DNA of 62,029 nucleotides, the filler included, from Choristocarpus tenellus KU-1152 (taxonomy: Eukaryota > Protista > Phaeophyceae), in assembly GCA_964200185.2 (NCBI GenBank). It is 10 parts of 10 records of this genome, joined end to end, with 100 filler letters (N's around TTAATTAATTAA, not from the genome) between each part and the next. Parts side by side here need not be neighbours in the genome. Positions count along the whole stretch, not along the records: positions 48,014 to 56,536 come from CAXNAD020004621.1; positions 56,637 to 62,029 come from CAXNAD020010934.1; 8 more parts are not named here. One strand, 5' to 3'. The position numbers and the translations under genes were made by a program. The notes beneath the pieces were generated by a model that did not search any database, had not been told where the DNA came from, and saw only the letters and a program-made list of their open reading frames with translations. Position 1 is the stretch's first letter. Each line of letters starts with the position of its first letter. Below, piece after piece: positions 48,316 to 60,944 of the stretch.

Positions 48316-51300
48316 GAATTCCTGGCAGAGAGGGCTTTTGCCATCCTACGAGATGTAACTGAAGAGCTTAGGGAGTTACTCATGCACCGCCTTCGTTGTG
48401 ACGAAACAAGGAAGTCTCTGGCTGTACGACTTGGTGTGGTTACAGAAAACAGGGCAACGCTTGCAGAAGGTAGGCTGGAGCGCCACTCCACTATGTGGCA
48501 TTCTGAGATCAATCTTGCTGCATTTTGTTTGGATCATAAATCACACCGTGTGATATTCTGAGACATATTCTACCTTTGTGATAAAAAAAAAGATCACAGG
48601 TACATTTGGAAACCTGTCTTGATCTTACCTTGAGATAATATATTACGCATTTTGTTATGTGTGCTTTGTTTTGTTGTGAATACACTATGCATGGTGGCAG
48701 TGTGGGTTATTCCTGTATCTGAGTCCATCCAAACCAGTAGACCATTCTTTTGTGGTAATCTACTTGATCTCATCCCCATTTAAAAGGATACTGAGGCAAG
48801 TGGTTGCAACTACCTTCACCAATTCTCTTCACTTTCTTCATCCCGTCCAAGCTTCTCCTGTTAATGAACCGTTTAGCCACCCCAGAACTTAATCTATAGC
48901 TTTGATGTACACATCTCGCTCTTCTGTTTCTGTGCCTTACAATACTATAGTAGGTAGTCAATTATCATTTACACATATGTGCACACTCATACTAGACAAG
49001 CAAACATTCACACAAATAACACAGTTTCAATGCTACTCACCAACATAAAACTAAGTCCACACCAACACTACCTTGACCAGAGATGGGCAAACTGACTCAT
49101 GAAATTGAGCTCTTCTTCTACACTAAGTGTGGAAGTCAAGTGGATACGGGCTTGGGATGGGGTACAGTGACAAGCTACCGAGAGTCTGACCAGATGCTCA
49201 TAGTCACTATGCCCTTTGGGATACCCCAGGCTCGCATGTGGGTCCCTGTGAAGAAGGTGCGTAATCTAGACCCTCTAAAGAAGATTTCATCACCTTTTTC
49301 TTCTTAAAACCGTTAGGACAAGGCGATCAGGTAAGATGTTTTGGGGTTTGAGGTACCATAGCAGTAGATTTCCTGGCGACAGGATTAATACAATCTAGGC
49401 ATTTTTTCTGTGGTAGTTTTGACTCTAGGTAGCCACAAACAAATTAATCATATCATGTAGGTACCTTGTTTTGCTCTTCTCCTCTCTCACTCCCCTCCTA
49501 ATCTGAACAGCAGTAAAAGCTGTCCATCATAACCCAGTCGGAAATTGACATTGTTGTTCCAATCAAGGTGTGGCAACTTGACCAAGGCAGGCAGCAAGCA
49601 GAAGCTATCGGCATGGGATGGGAGGACGCACAAGCAAAGGAACTCTTCAAGACTGAGCGAGCCACCATTCGGAGGGAGACGAATCTGATGCTCCTTGAGG
49701 AAAGCGAGGTGAGGTTCCTTGCCAATCAAACATATCGTCATTGAGACATGTCACTAACACAAGTGGGAGAGATATATATGGGAAGATTGAGTGAAAGTAC
49801 CTTAGAGGGTATGAGTTTTGCCCTTTTTGTCCGTTGGAGCTTGGCCTTACCATATTTTTTTTATGACATTTTCCTACTCCAAAAAGTCTCAGAGTAGGAA
49901 AATGTATACATTATGGAAAGGTGTGTCCGGAACAAGGATATTGACACCTCCTAACAAACACGATGATCACAATTACATCAAAATCGCAACATTGGGTTTT
50001 GGCCCCCAAATGGACACGACTCTAGCCTCTTAGATACTTTGACTCATTATCACTGGTCATTTGCCTCAGCTTTATGGTACGAATATTTTATAGCGAATAT
50101 GAGGGAATGGCATGCGTTGTTACAGGCACCAACTATATCCTGGAGAGTCGTTTGGCTATACTTGTAGGGTGCACAATGGAAAGAGGTATAGAAGATAAGA
50201 TCTGGATTCTGCCTCTGGAGTGTGTGTACCTTTCTTTGAAGGGTATGGATAGGCCACTCAAGAAATATTTATACAACAACACTGCTGAACTTTCCGGTGA
50301 CTGAGGGACATGCACATCCGTCATATTCCTAGCATGGTCCGAACAGATTTATTTTGGATAGATTGTTGGATGAGAAAATTCCCCGAGTAGTTGAGTTGAT
50401 GACATGCTTAGACTCTTCATGCAGATGATCTCCCTCGCCTAGACTACGACCTTCTTTCATTCTCATTACTACAAAATGGTAGGTCAACTTAAGAGTTTTG
50501 GAAATTGAACCTTCCTTCTCTTCATGGTTACAATTGGATGTTCCAAGACTCTTGCTAAGTATAATGTCAATCAATACCTACGACAATGGGAACCAATGTT
50601 CGAACACCTGCCACACACTCACAAACCTCAGCCAAGTTAGGGGCACTGATGATTCACGAATGTTACTGTTCACTACCGAGCTAGGGTTAGGGTTCGCCTT
50701 TCAACATTTTATAAATGCCTCTAAGAGTCCATGCTCGTATAGAACTTCCACCATGCAAGGAAAAGATGTGAGACCACCATATTGTACCCTTGTTGGGCAA
50801 CCCTCAGATACGGAGACTGATGCGAGCAGAATCAGAGCAGCGAGAAGAGGCCTTGCTTGCAGCTCAAATTGTGGAGACAGCTACAACCACGGCTCCACAT
50901 CTTCTGGGCATGAATTCAGTCAGCAAGCACATGGAAACATGGGTTGCGTACAAGGTCAGGACTAATTTATAGTGGCATCAATCCTCTCAAGCTCCCCTTG
51001 AAAGCACATAGGTACAGTCACATTTTTTGGCACTGCAGAATAACATAGTATTTATAATCTACAAAAGTCCGTAAGGTTCGACCAATTCATCTCCACATCT
51101 CGAGTTACACCTTATTTAACTCTATCATTGCTGAGGGAAGATGCCTCAACACCCCTCGCTCAAATCATACTGCCTATTGCTCATTGTCTGCTGTTTCCAG
51201 AGATCTTTCCTTCCTCCCCAATAAATTTGTTTGTCTCGATGTATTTCCTGAACAAATTCCCCTCCCCTGTCCCTTTTCCTTCCCCCCATCAACCCCTTCC

Positions 51301-54300
51301 AAGCATAATGCATCTTCTCTCCAATCCTTTCAGTCAGCACCTTAGGGTGCATGACCCTGATGTCCTCTGGGGCTGTCAGACATACAACATCCTTGCCTTT
51401 CCTACACACCCTCTATACCTCCCTTTACTCCTTCTCCCCCCTCATTTCCCATTGCGTCCTTTAGGTTCAAAAGGAAGTGCTAAAGAAAAATCTTGAGGAT
51501 GCCCAACTGAAGAAAAATGATGAAAAACTTGGAAACGAGTCCCAAAAGGTGAGCAATGATAACAACAATACATACATGAGGTCCGGCACACACCCATTAC
51601 TTTAATGGATAAAATTAGTGACTACCCATGCACCATCAGTGTGCAATGAACTTCTCCATGAAACCTTGAATAATGCTCTATGCCTCATCTTCGTCAAAGA
51701 AAATTAGGCTGTGGCTTCAAGTGTGGATAACCATAGAATTTTTCCTGCAAGTTGGGGCATTCACAATACAATGGACCAGTAATAATCTTTACTTACACCT
51801 TCACCAATGAAAACATCTGGAGTAAACAAATTTGACCAACCGTCCCCATTTGTACCTATGCAATCGCTCATAAACTGCACCACATCTATTGCTTTTTTGT
51901 TATCACTTGTGTGCTTGTGTCTTGCACCTTCTACCACCCCCCTCCAGGGGAAGCCAGCCTTAGGTCTTTCAGAGAAAATCCAGGGGCTGGCCAAATATGA
52001 CCGGGTGCTTATGGCAAAACATTTCCGAAAGGAGTTTAGAAAGTCTTTTGTGGACAAGTGGATCAAGAATGCTGAGCTGAGGGTTGAAAAGGTGAGTAAA
52101 CTTGAGATATTCGGCTTGGGTGAAAATAGGCCGCATAGGTACAGAGGGGAGGTCTTTGGAGAAGGCCTGAGTTGCTCTGAGGTGCTAGATGTAGGGGATC
52201 GCAGGATCATCATCATAGCACATATTTGGAGATGTCCACAACTGTCAATCCTGTTTGGCGGAGGAATTGTGAGGACAATGTCAAGTATATCTGACGAGGA
52301 AATGAAGTATATGCAGAGCACAAGCAAGTCTTTACCTTAAAACCACCTTGATCAGTCACATCCTTCCCCTGGAAAAGATGCTTGAGGCCCGTGTCCGTGC
52401 TCGTGGGGAGCAAGAGTCCCTGGACCACATCATTGGGACCTACGTAAATGAATTTATAAGGGACCTGGCAGGGGAGGCCTTGCTCACTGGGCTGAAGGCC
52501 CGATTGAGGGCTGAAGAAGAGGTACACAAGCACTACCAGTGTCTTAATGTCACTACTCTGTGAACTATCGCCCATGCCCACCAGTTGAGAAGTGAGCCTC
52601 AACACTGTTGCGCCATGTCACATGCACTATAAGAAAGATTTTGATCTTGGTATGCCCTCAAAGATCTCATTTCAGGATTCTTCTACTCGAAAATATGTTT
52701 GTTTTTCCACCATGGTGCTTGTTTCTCGCAAGATAATGGAGCCGATTATGCTATTTGGTGTTATTAACCAGTGGGACAATGGTTTTCTTGTTGGCTCCTA
52801 GATTACATTTTTCCCTCGTGCATGTAAGAGCGAATTCTGACCAGTGGATGCAATCACCTTCACAAGGTGTACGGGAAGCAAGTTTCTAGGAGCCTCCTGT
52901 CATTCTTTTATCACAGTATGCTCTCATCTTAAGAAGATATCTTCATGTTCACTCATGCCTCAATAGTAATATTTATCTTGTTCTCTCTGCTGGCCTTTCA
53001 ATGCGACTGCATCCTTTCCAACAGACGGGACTGATATTTCCAGATCCTCCTCATATGCAATATGGCATCTACTACATGCTGTGCAAGGGATGGATGGGAC
53101 AGAAGCAGGATTTGAAAAGGAATGTTGAGACCTGGAGCATTATCATTGCCAAGGTTTTTGTAGACAAGGGGTGGGAAAGGTTTGGTTGTAATGGAAGCTT
53201 GGAGGTTTCAGTGGTTGTCTAACAGGCACATAGGCTCTAGATTTTCCAGTATCCCATGATGAAGTGTTAAATGGGACAAAAAGATTAGGCGGTCTACATT
53301 CAGAGGTTCCAGTTAAGATTCAATAATAGGTACACATAAGAAACTAACATTGAAAAAAAACTTCCTTAGCAGTGGCAGTATCAGAGTATAACGATCTACT
53401 TCATTGGGATGATATGTAAACTACCAAGTAGTATGAAATACTGTTCTGCACTTGCGTTTCATTGGTGCCTTCTACACACCATGACCATACTCTGTCATTG
53501 CAGATTGAACTGAGAAGGGGCAAGCACTTGTTAGTTAGTAATGAACACATTCTCCGAGGTGTGCTTTGCCTATCCAACTTTCAACATCCTTGTCCCCCAA
53601 AAACGTGCAATGCAGTCCCCCACAGTAATCCAATCTACCCTGCAAAAATTGATCGGTTCCACCATATACAGGATGCAGAAAAGTTCCAACGTGATCAGGC
53701 TAGGGCAGCAGCAAAACGAGAAATGCTTCTAAATAAGAGTCTTAAGGAGGAAGAACGGAAACAGATTGCTCAGGTATGATCCCACAGAACAAAATAGTCC
53801 CCCTTCTCTGCCTTTTCCTCCCACCACCATTTTTCCCATCGTTTTGCTACTCTTCCAATTATAGAAAATATCTGAATATTCACACGTTTTGAAAAAATAA
53901 TTCATATGTGAACATCTAATTTTTGTCTTGTAAATATGATATCAATGTCGTATACCTGTTTCATGACTATATGCTATAATTTACTGCAGCATGGAAAAGC
54001 ATGCAAGGAAGGGGGAAGAGGTTGCAGGTTTCAGATGTGTATATATTGACAAATGGATGGTTGGGCAATACAATATCCATCACCAGTCAGAACTACAAAC
54101 AGCAGCTTTTTGTAGGATAGCAAAGTCTACTGGTTTTAGAATGTTTTGCAGACGATTGTTTCAATAGTGTTCACAAACGGTCTGCTGAAAATCTGTAGTC
54201 ATGTACTTTGTTTGGAGGTTAGTTTGTGTTTACACAGCCCTGCTGACTCCAATAACAGTCAAGCAGCTTGAGGGTGTCTAAGAGACTCAATAGGAAAAGG

Positions 54301-56299
54301 CATGCATCAATGAAATAGATGCAAACCAGAGTGAAATCGAACAGCAGCACAAATGCTTCAGGCAGAACACTATCACCAATAATTTTCAGCACCCACCACA
54401 AGAACGACCTTGAACAAGTGTGGTGGGGGTAATTTACTGCAGAGAAATTCACATCTTTACTTGGAGCAACAAGAGGACCCGGGCAGTTAGTGATGCTAGT
54501 TTCATATAGAGTATATAATAATACATGCTACACCCCTTGCAAAACAACTGCCAATCGGGCTACCCTGCATACTATACTCTACACACTATACACAAATATA
54601 ACTTGCTACCTACATCTATTTACTTCTATAATATTGTCATTGAGTCGCTGCGTTTCCACCATCATCTGCCAAGGTACAGTAAGCTAGTTCTGCTGTAGCA
54701 TAGGCTATAGGCAGGCAGCCACAGAGATGAAACAATAGTGCTTTAAAGAAATTTGTATAACACGTCTACAGCAGTAATACTGTCTAAGGATTATACTCTC
54801 TGCTGATTCACAAAATACACAAAAATAAAATGTAGTATGTTTACTTGGCTAGAGAAGCATCAGTTGTCTACACATGATCTAATGCACAAATGTTTTGACA
54901 GCACTAGGAGGAAGTAGAGAATCCTGCAAAACACAAAATTGACAAAAAGAGCGCGAGCCTGTGCTGCAGAAAAATCCCCTCTTACATCAGAGTTCGTGGT
55001 AGTTTGTGAAACTGATTGAAAGTATCTTAGAGGGTATGAGTTTTGCCCATTTGTCCATTTGGGGCTTGGTTTCCCATGGTCTTTAATGACATTTTCCTAC
55101 TCCAAAAGTTTCATAAGTAGGTAAAATGTATACGTTATGAAAAGGTGTGTCCAGAACATGGATATTGACACATCCTAACAAACATGAAGGCCAAAATTAC
55201 ATCGAAATTGCAACATTGGATTTTGGCCCCCAAATGGACGCGGCTCTACCCTCTACAAATTGTTTTGCCCAACTGCGGAGATGTACATTTTCGTGGGGTG
55301 ATATAAATCCTCAGGTATCCAAATATGCACAAGTGTTTGCCATGAATACACAGCAGAACTGTGACTCTACAAATTGATGCTTTGCACGGGAGAATGCTAG
55401 GACAGGCGGTTGTTGTGCTCCTCTTAACTGTTCCCATGCCTGTAACTAGCTTAAACTTCAAGTCTCTTAACCAGAGAGATCAAGTCGCTTCACCTATTGC
55501 AAGCAGACAAGACCTAAAACATAGCCTCTTTCCATCTCACATTTATCAACCAAACAATCTAACAGCCTTATTAACCAAGCAACTACCACACAGATGTGTG
55601 AGAAAATGTTCTTAGAGGAGGAAGCGACCAGAAACTTCTTGAGGGAAGAATGGAAGTTCACCCTTAGGGAGAGGCGAAGCATGATGACAGCTGACATGGA
55701 AACCAGGTGGGTCACATCAGTAGTCACTTTTTAGCTAACAAAAAGTAAGAAATTTGCAGCAGATAGTATATTGTAATCTCACTGTTTTGGGATGGTCCGA
55801 CCAAGTGGAGCTCGCTGCAGTTTTTTTTGTGATGCTGAAGGGCCCCTCATCCTTCACTACAGGACCTACTAGAAGTCCTGGGTCTTATAGAAGCACTTAT
55901 ATCATCAAATGGCCTTTTTCACAGCATCTTCCAACATGTAACAGAATGACCAGAGCAACAGTTGGCGCGTAACCTGAGTGAACACTATATGCTAAAAAAA
56001 GAACCTGGAGGTCGGATATGTTGACCAGTTTCAACAAAACACCTAGCAACGTTGACAAGGGGTCATCATGCCTCACCTCTTTCTCATTCCCTGGGGCACT
56101 CAGGCAATATGTGAAGGATCTGGCCGCTTGGACACTTGAAAAGGAGCGACTTGAACTCCAAGAACAAGGCGAAGCTGAGTCAAGAGCCAGAAGAGCAAAG
56201 GCCAGGGAGATAGAGCTGGCCAACATGACTGAGGAGGAGAGAGCGGTGGCAATGAAAGAGGATGAGCAGGAACGGAAGGCTGCCTGGAAAAAGAAGGAG
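48316..56299 (+). CDS. Large coiled-coil protein with one SH3-like module, internal part
   Basis: Eleven phase-compatible GT-AG exons: 48316-48469, 49081-49256, 49568-49708, 50808-50954, 51465-51548, 51948-52091, 52378-52521, 53025-53153, 53672-53773, 55594-55706, 56104-56299; E/R/K-rich helical sequence. Confidence 0.8.
49789..50045. mobile_element. MITE family B, complete intronic copy (257 bp) with TSD ATT and central hairpin
   Basis: TIRs GAGTGAAAGTACCT / AGATACTTTGACTC; ATT on both flanks; perfect 14-bp stem ACATTTTCCTACTC / GAGTAGGAAAATGT at 49866-49905. Confidence 0.85.
55014..55255. mobile_element. MITE family B, intronic copy lacking the extreme right end
   Basis: Colinear and highly similar to 49789-50045. 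Confidence 0.85.
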
Positions 56300-56466
56300 G
56301 TGCGCTCGATGTGATCGTCCTTGTCATCTGGGCAAAGACATTTGGAGAGACGTTTTTGTCAGATCAAACTCAATGACAACCTCTGACCATCAGGAGAGGT
56401 ACAGATAGCAGCAATGGTGCAAAAGAGTAGTCTTGGCTATAGGTAGCACTGAGGTGCATTGAAACT

Positions 56467-56536
56467 GGCTCCAAGTATCTGGGAGGGGGTGGCGGCTGTC
56501 CATTTGGGGTCAATTTTTGTATGTCGCGATTTTTGG
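56467..56536. mobile_element. MITE family A left part at contig end
   Basis: GGCTCCAAGTATCTGGGAGGGGGTGGCGGCTGTCCATTTGGGGTC, near-identical to the copy at 5645. Confidence 0.8.
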
Positions 56537-56902
56537 NNNNNNNNNNNNNNNNNNNNNNNNNNNNNNNNNNNNNNNNNNNNTTAATTAATTAANNNNNNNN
56601 NNNNNNNNNNNNNNNNNNNNNNNNNNNNNNNNNNNNCCCTCCATGGCGGCGTAGTAGTGTTCAGGGCTGACAGGGGTACAACAGGTAGGGCACGGGATGG
56701 GATGTAGGGGTCTGGTGCGGAGGTATAGAGCCGAGGCACAGCCCAGGTCCAGTGAGTGTGTGCAGAGGAAAGGGAGTACTGGCTGTTATATCTCGGAGAA
56801 ACAGATCGCAAAGTGTTCCGGTGTAAGCTGACGTGGTTGTTGGGATGGGTGAGGGTTGGGTTCCCTGGTGGGGGAGGCTGGCCTTCGAAGTCCCGTAAAA
56901 TC

Positions 56903-57335
56903 TCATATCACCTCCTCTCCTGCCTCCTCGTAGCTGTATAGGAGCGAGTCCCTCTCCCTGCTACCATCGTTGTGTGCCTCTACCACCTCTCCGACCCCAT
57001 CCCCTTGAGTGCTCGTTCGATTTTCCATCCGGGCTACACCATCCTGTAGAGACGAAACATGTCTACCTATTCTCGAAGAGGAGTGGTGTGCACTGCTTAT
57101 GTTCCCCCCTTCCCCGAGCCTATCTCGTGAGCCACCATTCCGATCCTTGATCTCCCCCACCTCGTCCCCATGTGGACCTATTCCGTTCTCTGTCCATCCT
57201 TTTCCATTCTGCGAAATCGAGACCTGGGTATCTATTCCTAGAGCTGGGTTAATCCTTCCACTTATATTTGGTCCTTGCCCTTGCCTGTCTCGTGCACCGT
57301 CGTTGCCTTCCTCCATCACCTCCACAACCCCATAT
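56903..57335 (-). repeat. In-frame ~165-168-bp tandem repeat (55-56 aa units) within an ORF
   Basis: NDGARDRQG / NGGSRDRLG / NDGSRERD recur at aa 8, 63 and 119 of ORF 56903-57325. Confidence 0.6.
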
Positions 57336-58323
57336 TTTTCTATGTATTATTGCATTATTATACCCTCTGACATTTTACAGATATGTCAATGCAGAAACAA
57401 ATGTAGGTTGTTTCAATCTGAATACTTGGAAAGGGGAAAGTTTTGGGTGACTCCTCAAAAAAGAAGCAAATTTTCTGGATGAATTGCGTACAGACGTGGT
57501 ATTGTAGGGGGAGAGGGATGGGAGGTCACAGCAGGAAAGGAGCTGCCAAATCCCATCTACAACAGATAGTCTCTGTCACAACACCAGTGCCTCTATCAAG
57601 AAGTGCCATGCATTTTAACCTGGAGACACCAGGGAGAGGGGCAAGGAGGGGCCTGTCAGATTCTTGGGATGCTTCCCTACCTCCTCACTCAGTTGTGTAG
57701 GGTTAAGCTAGGTTGGAGGCATAGCAACAGTGTACACATAACATTGTAATTGCGAGCCCTTGGGGACCTCCGACAAACACACATTCTCCGGATATGACAC
57801 GCGGTCATATACATTTGTGCTCGACAACCATGTCATTGGAACTTGCCCATACCGACCAGACCACAAAACCAGACACAACCATATGATCCGGATTTGACCA
57901 AAGAGCGAGAAGGACTGTCAGAACAAAGACCCATTCCGATTTTGACTGATACACTTCTCTATTGTGACGTTGCTCAGTAATTCTGTGACATCTGTTGTAC
58001 ATTAAGGTTTTGTTCTGTTCTTGATTTCCTCAACTCATTTTGAGATGCTGGGCCAAGATCTGGGGAACTCGGTCCTGCCCTCTGAGGTGGAAGAGTTCAG
58101 TACTTGGCATCAAATATGTTTCTCCGAGTCTGCAATTGTCTTCAGAAGTGAAGAGGTATCCCGCCGAGGGATTGCTGATTGGATTCCGAAATGAACCTCT
58201 GGTATTGTCTAGGCAGGATGGTGAATGTGTCATCAAGGCTGTTGCGACGAAGGTGTGTAAGTGAATCCTCAGGTATATGTCGTCCAAGCTGGTCCTCTGG
58301 GGAAAATCCAAGGTCTATCTCCT

Positions 58324-60930
58324 TCAACAAAAAGGCACGTAGGTGCCCTCCCACATGCAGTTCGCGACATTGCCAATCGAACAGTTGGTGCAGTAGCATG
58401 ACATCTTGGAGTACATCAACATCAAAGAGTTGCTGTTGGCCCGTGGACTAGTGAAGACCAGGTGTGGAGGATATTCAGGGTCTGTCCTTATTCCCGGCCC
58501 AAAGTTATTAGGTGGCTCATGACAACATCTCCACAGCGCTCTGTACGAACCCTTCGCTACACATATCGAAGTGCTGCTGTGTGTTCGTAGATAGTGCTGC
58601 TGGTACACTATAGACACCATCGGTGGAGTAGATTAGGAAATGCAGACNNNNNNNNNNACACCACTGGTGGAGTAATGGAAGAAAGGTAGAGCCAGATATA
58701 TGTTTCCGTACATTTCAGTTGGGCTCTACGCAACGTTTATGTATAGTAGTTCATGTATGGTACGGACCTGATGCTTGATCATCAGTTGATATATCATGTA
58801 TGTCACGTGTGATAAAGTTGATTGTTTTCTGATTATCCATGTGGACGTTGCAAATCCCACATGGTAGGCTGCACTGGTCTTACTCACCTTCTCAGTCAGC
58901 GGAATCGAGACCACCGCAAAGACCACTAGCCCCTTGTAATACTAACATTGTTCATCTACATCAAGCTGTTCTTTGTCCTTCATTAAAGCACCATAAAAAC
59001 CGCGGGTCCAGTGTGGGATAGTTCAACACTGTGAGCCCAGATCCTTCCCTTTCCCAGATTTCCCGCTTCCCTCAGGTCCCTCGACAACCAAACTATGGGC
59101 AGGAGTGCTGTCAAGAATTAGATTGAAAACTCTTTTTTGTCAAGTCTTGGTTGTTGTGTGGGAGTTGGGAACTGAAGTCCATGGACATGGCAGCGTGGCC
59201 TTTTGGGAGGAGGGATTTGCAGTTTTTGTACTGTTGCGCCTGCCGGATGGTGGTGTTATGGATGAAGGAAAAAATTCTGGACGAAGTTGATGAAGAGAAC
59301 ATGAACGAGTGTGGGGAATCCCTCTGTCCGCGTAGGAATACGACCTGATCGTATAGGGAGTAATAATTCTGGTGTTTGCTTTTGAAATAGGTGACCCATT
59401 GCAACTATTAACATGTTGCTGTGGTACAACTCTGTGTATATCGAGTTCGTAGGGGAGGGTTCTGTCCTGTTGGACGAAGACATCATTACACATGCAGTGG
59501 TGACCACCCATTTGATCCTGGCAGCAGAGTCACCTTTCGCCTCCTGTTATCTCCTTTTCCGTAGACCCTGGGTCGTCTTCGTCGTCATTCTCCTCGGTTC
59601 TTCTCCTCCTAAAGTTGGCTCCCACCATGCGGGTGGTGAGGATGAAGTCGTCGGTCATGAGATTGTTGGCCCTGAACTTGGTATACTTTACCGTATTCCT
59701 CTCGATCATTTCGTCCTTCGTCGTGCTGTTGGGGATGATGAGACCAACACGGGAGGACAATGCCTTCAGCACGGCACGTAAAGACAGGGATGGTGTATGG
59801 TGTATCGGTGGGCGACACAACAGATGAAGTACCGGTTCTTTTTCTGTCAAATGTTGATCCTTGTATCTATCTAAGATACCATGAGAGGGGGGATTGATCA
59901 TATGACATGTCACCATAGGGTTTCCCGTACATGGTCACACATCACACCTTGATCTCGTGGAGGGTCTTTCCTTCCAGGTCCGCCTCCACAACAGGGGTGT
60001 ACACGTTGACAAACTGAATCCACGTAACCTTGGCACTGTGGGAGTTGATCATACAAGGGCACTTCCGGATGGAATGCTCTATCCAGTGCCACATCTCGCA
60101 TGTACCATCGGCACAAGAAATTCTATAACCACCTTCTGAACAACCTGAGGACTGTTCGCTTAGGGGCTCCAGGATGGTCCTCTCGCACCTTGGGCGATTT
60201 GATTTTGAAGAGTGGTGGCGTTTGGCTTACATTAGAGATTGCATAGAATGTATGAGCACCAGGCGCAATTTGCACACGTATATATCAACATGTAAACGTG
60301 AATTGAGAACAGCTATGTGGTTTGCATCTTGGTTCTGGGAGAGGATGGTATCTGTGGTATGTGTTGTCATTCTGAAACAATCTTGGAGGTTGGTGTGGCT
60401 TTGTACCATAACCTGCAGGAGGAAGTCCATCATATCGAAAGCACTCTCCAGTGCAGCCTTGACTTCTTTGGAGCTGCATCCTTTGCCACTGTCAAAGAAG
60501 TCGCAGCTAGAGGTGCAAGTATGTTGCCCTTAATCACCAACGATCATCTTCAAGTGTATTTTGTTCCGGTTCTCCCTCAGGCACTGGACCAAAAGGACGT
60601 TGGCCATGTGGTGAACGCAAATGCATGTTCTGTATGATGTACAAGAGAGAAAAAGGAAGAGATGTTGTGCATATTTTGTCGTGGGCGAGGGGTAAACCAA
60701 TATACGAATCTTAGGTTGGTGATACTATGGAGTGTCTTGACCCTTTAAGTGCTCCTATCTTGTATGACCTGGACTGTTAAGCGGTTACGTTTCCCGACAC
60801 ACCTTTGTATAGCCTTAGTGATGTAGAAGGGCCTCCATTTCATGAATTTCAACAGGCAGGGTATCGGTCCAGACATAGCCTCCATCTGAAACCTTTCTCT
60901 AAAGTTTGCGTACACATTCTCATCCATGCC
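58324..60930 (-). mobile_element. Decayed Sola2-like DDD transposase, interrupted by an LTR-like insertion
   Basis: FIHNTTIRQAQQYKNCKSLLPKGHAAMSMDFSSQLPHNNQD...TALLPIVW (DF.EN/Q-E-Q block), upstream Cys cluster (TPYTIPVFTC...PCW) and C-terminal H.VF...MSCYCTNCSIGNVANC. Middle catalytic part missing. The Sola2 label is from recalled motifs. Confidence 0.6.
58582..59028 (-). mobile_element. LTR-like unit homologous to 4313-4771, inserted in the transposase
   Basis: Reverse complement begins TGTTGAACTATCCCACACTGGACCCGCGG...GAAGGACAAAGAACAGCTTGATGTAGAT...GTGGTCTCGATTCCGCTGACTGA, matching 4313 onward; contains a 10-N gap. Confidence 0.7.
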
Positions 60931-60944
60931 AGCTGCGTCTACAT

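Noticed and set aside
53001-53222. Trp-containing ORF first taken as a LINE remnant
   Set aside because: Fits as a phase-0 exon (53025-53153) of the coiled-coil gene.
58726-58926. ORF MVFAVVSIPLTEK... as a continuation of the transposase
   Set aside because: Lies inside the LTR-like insertion homologous to 4313-4771.
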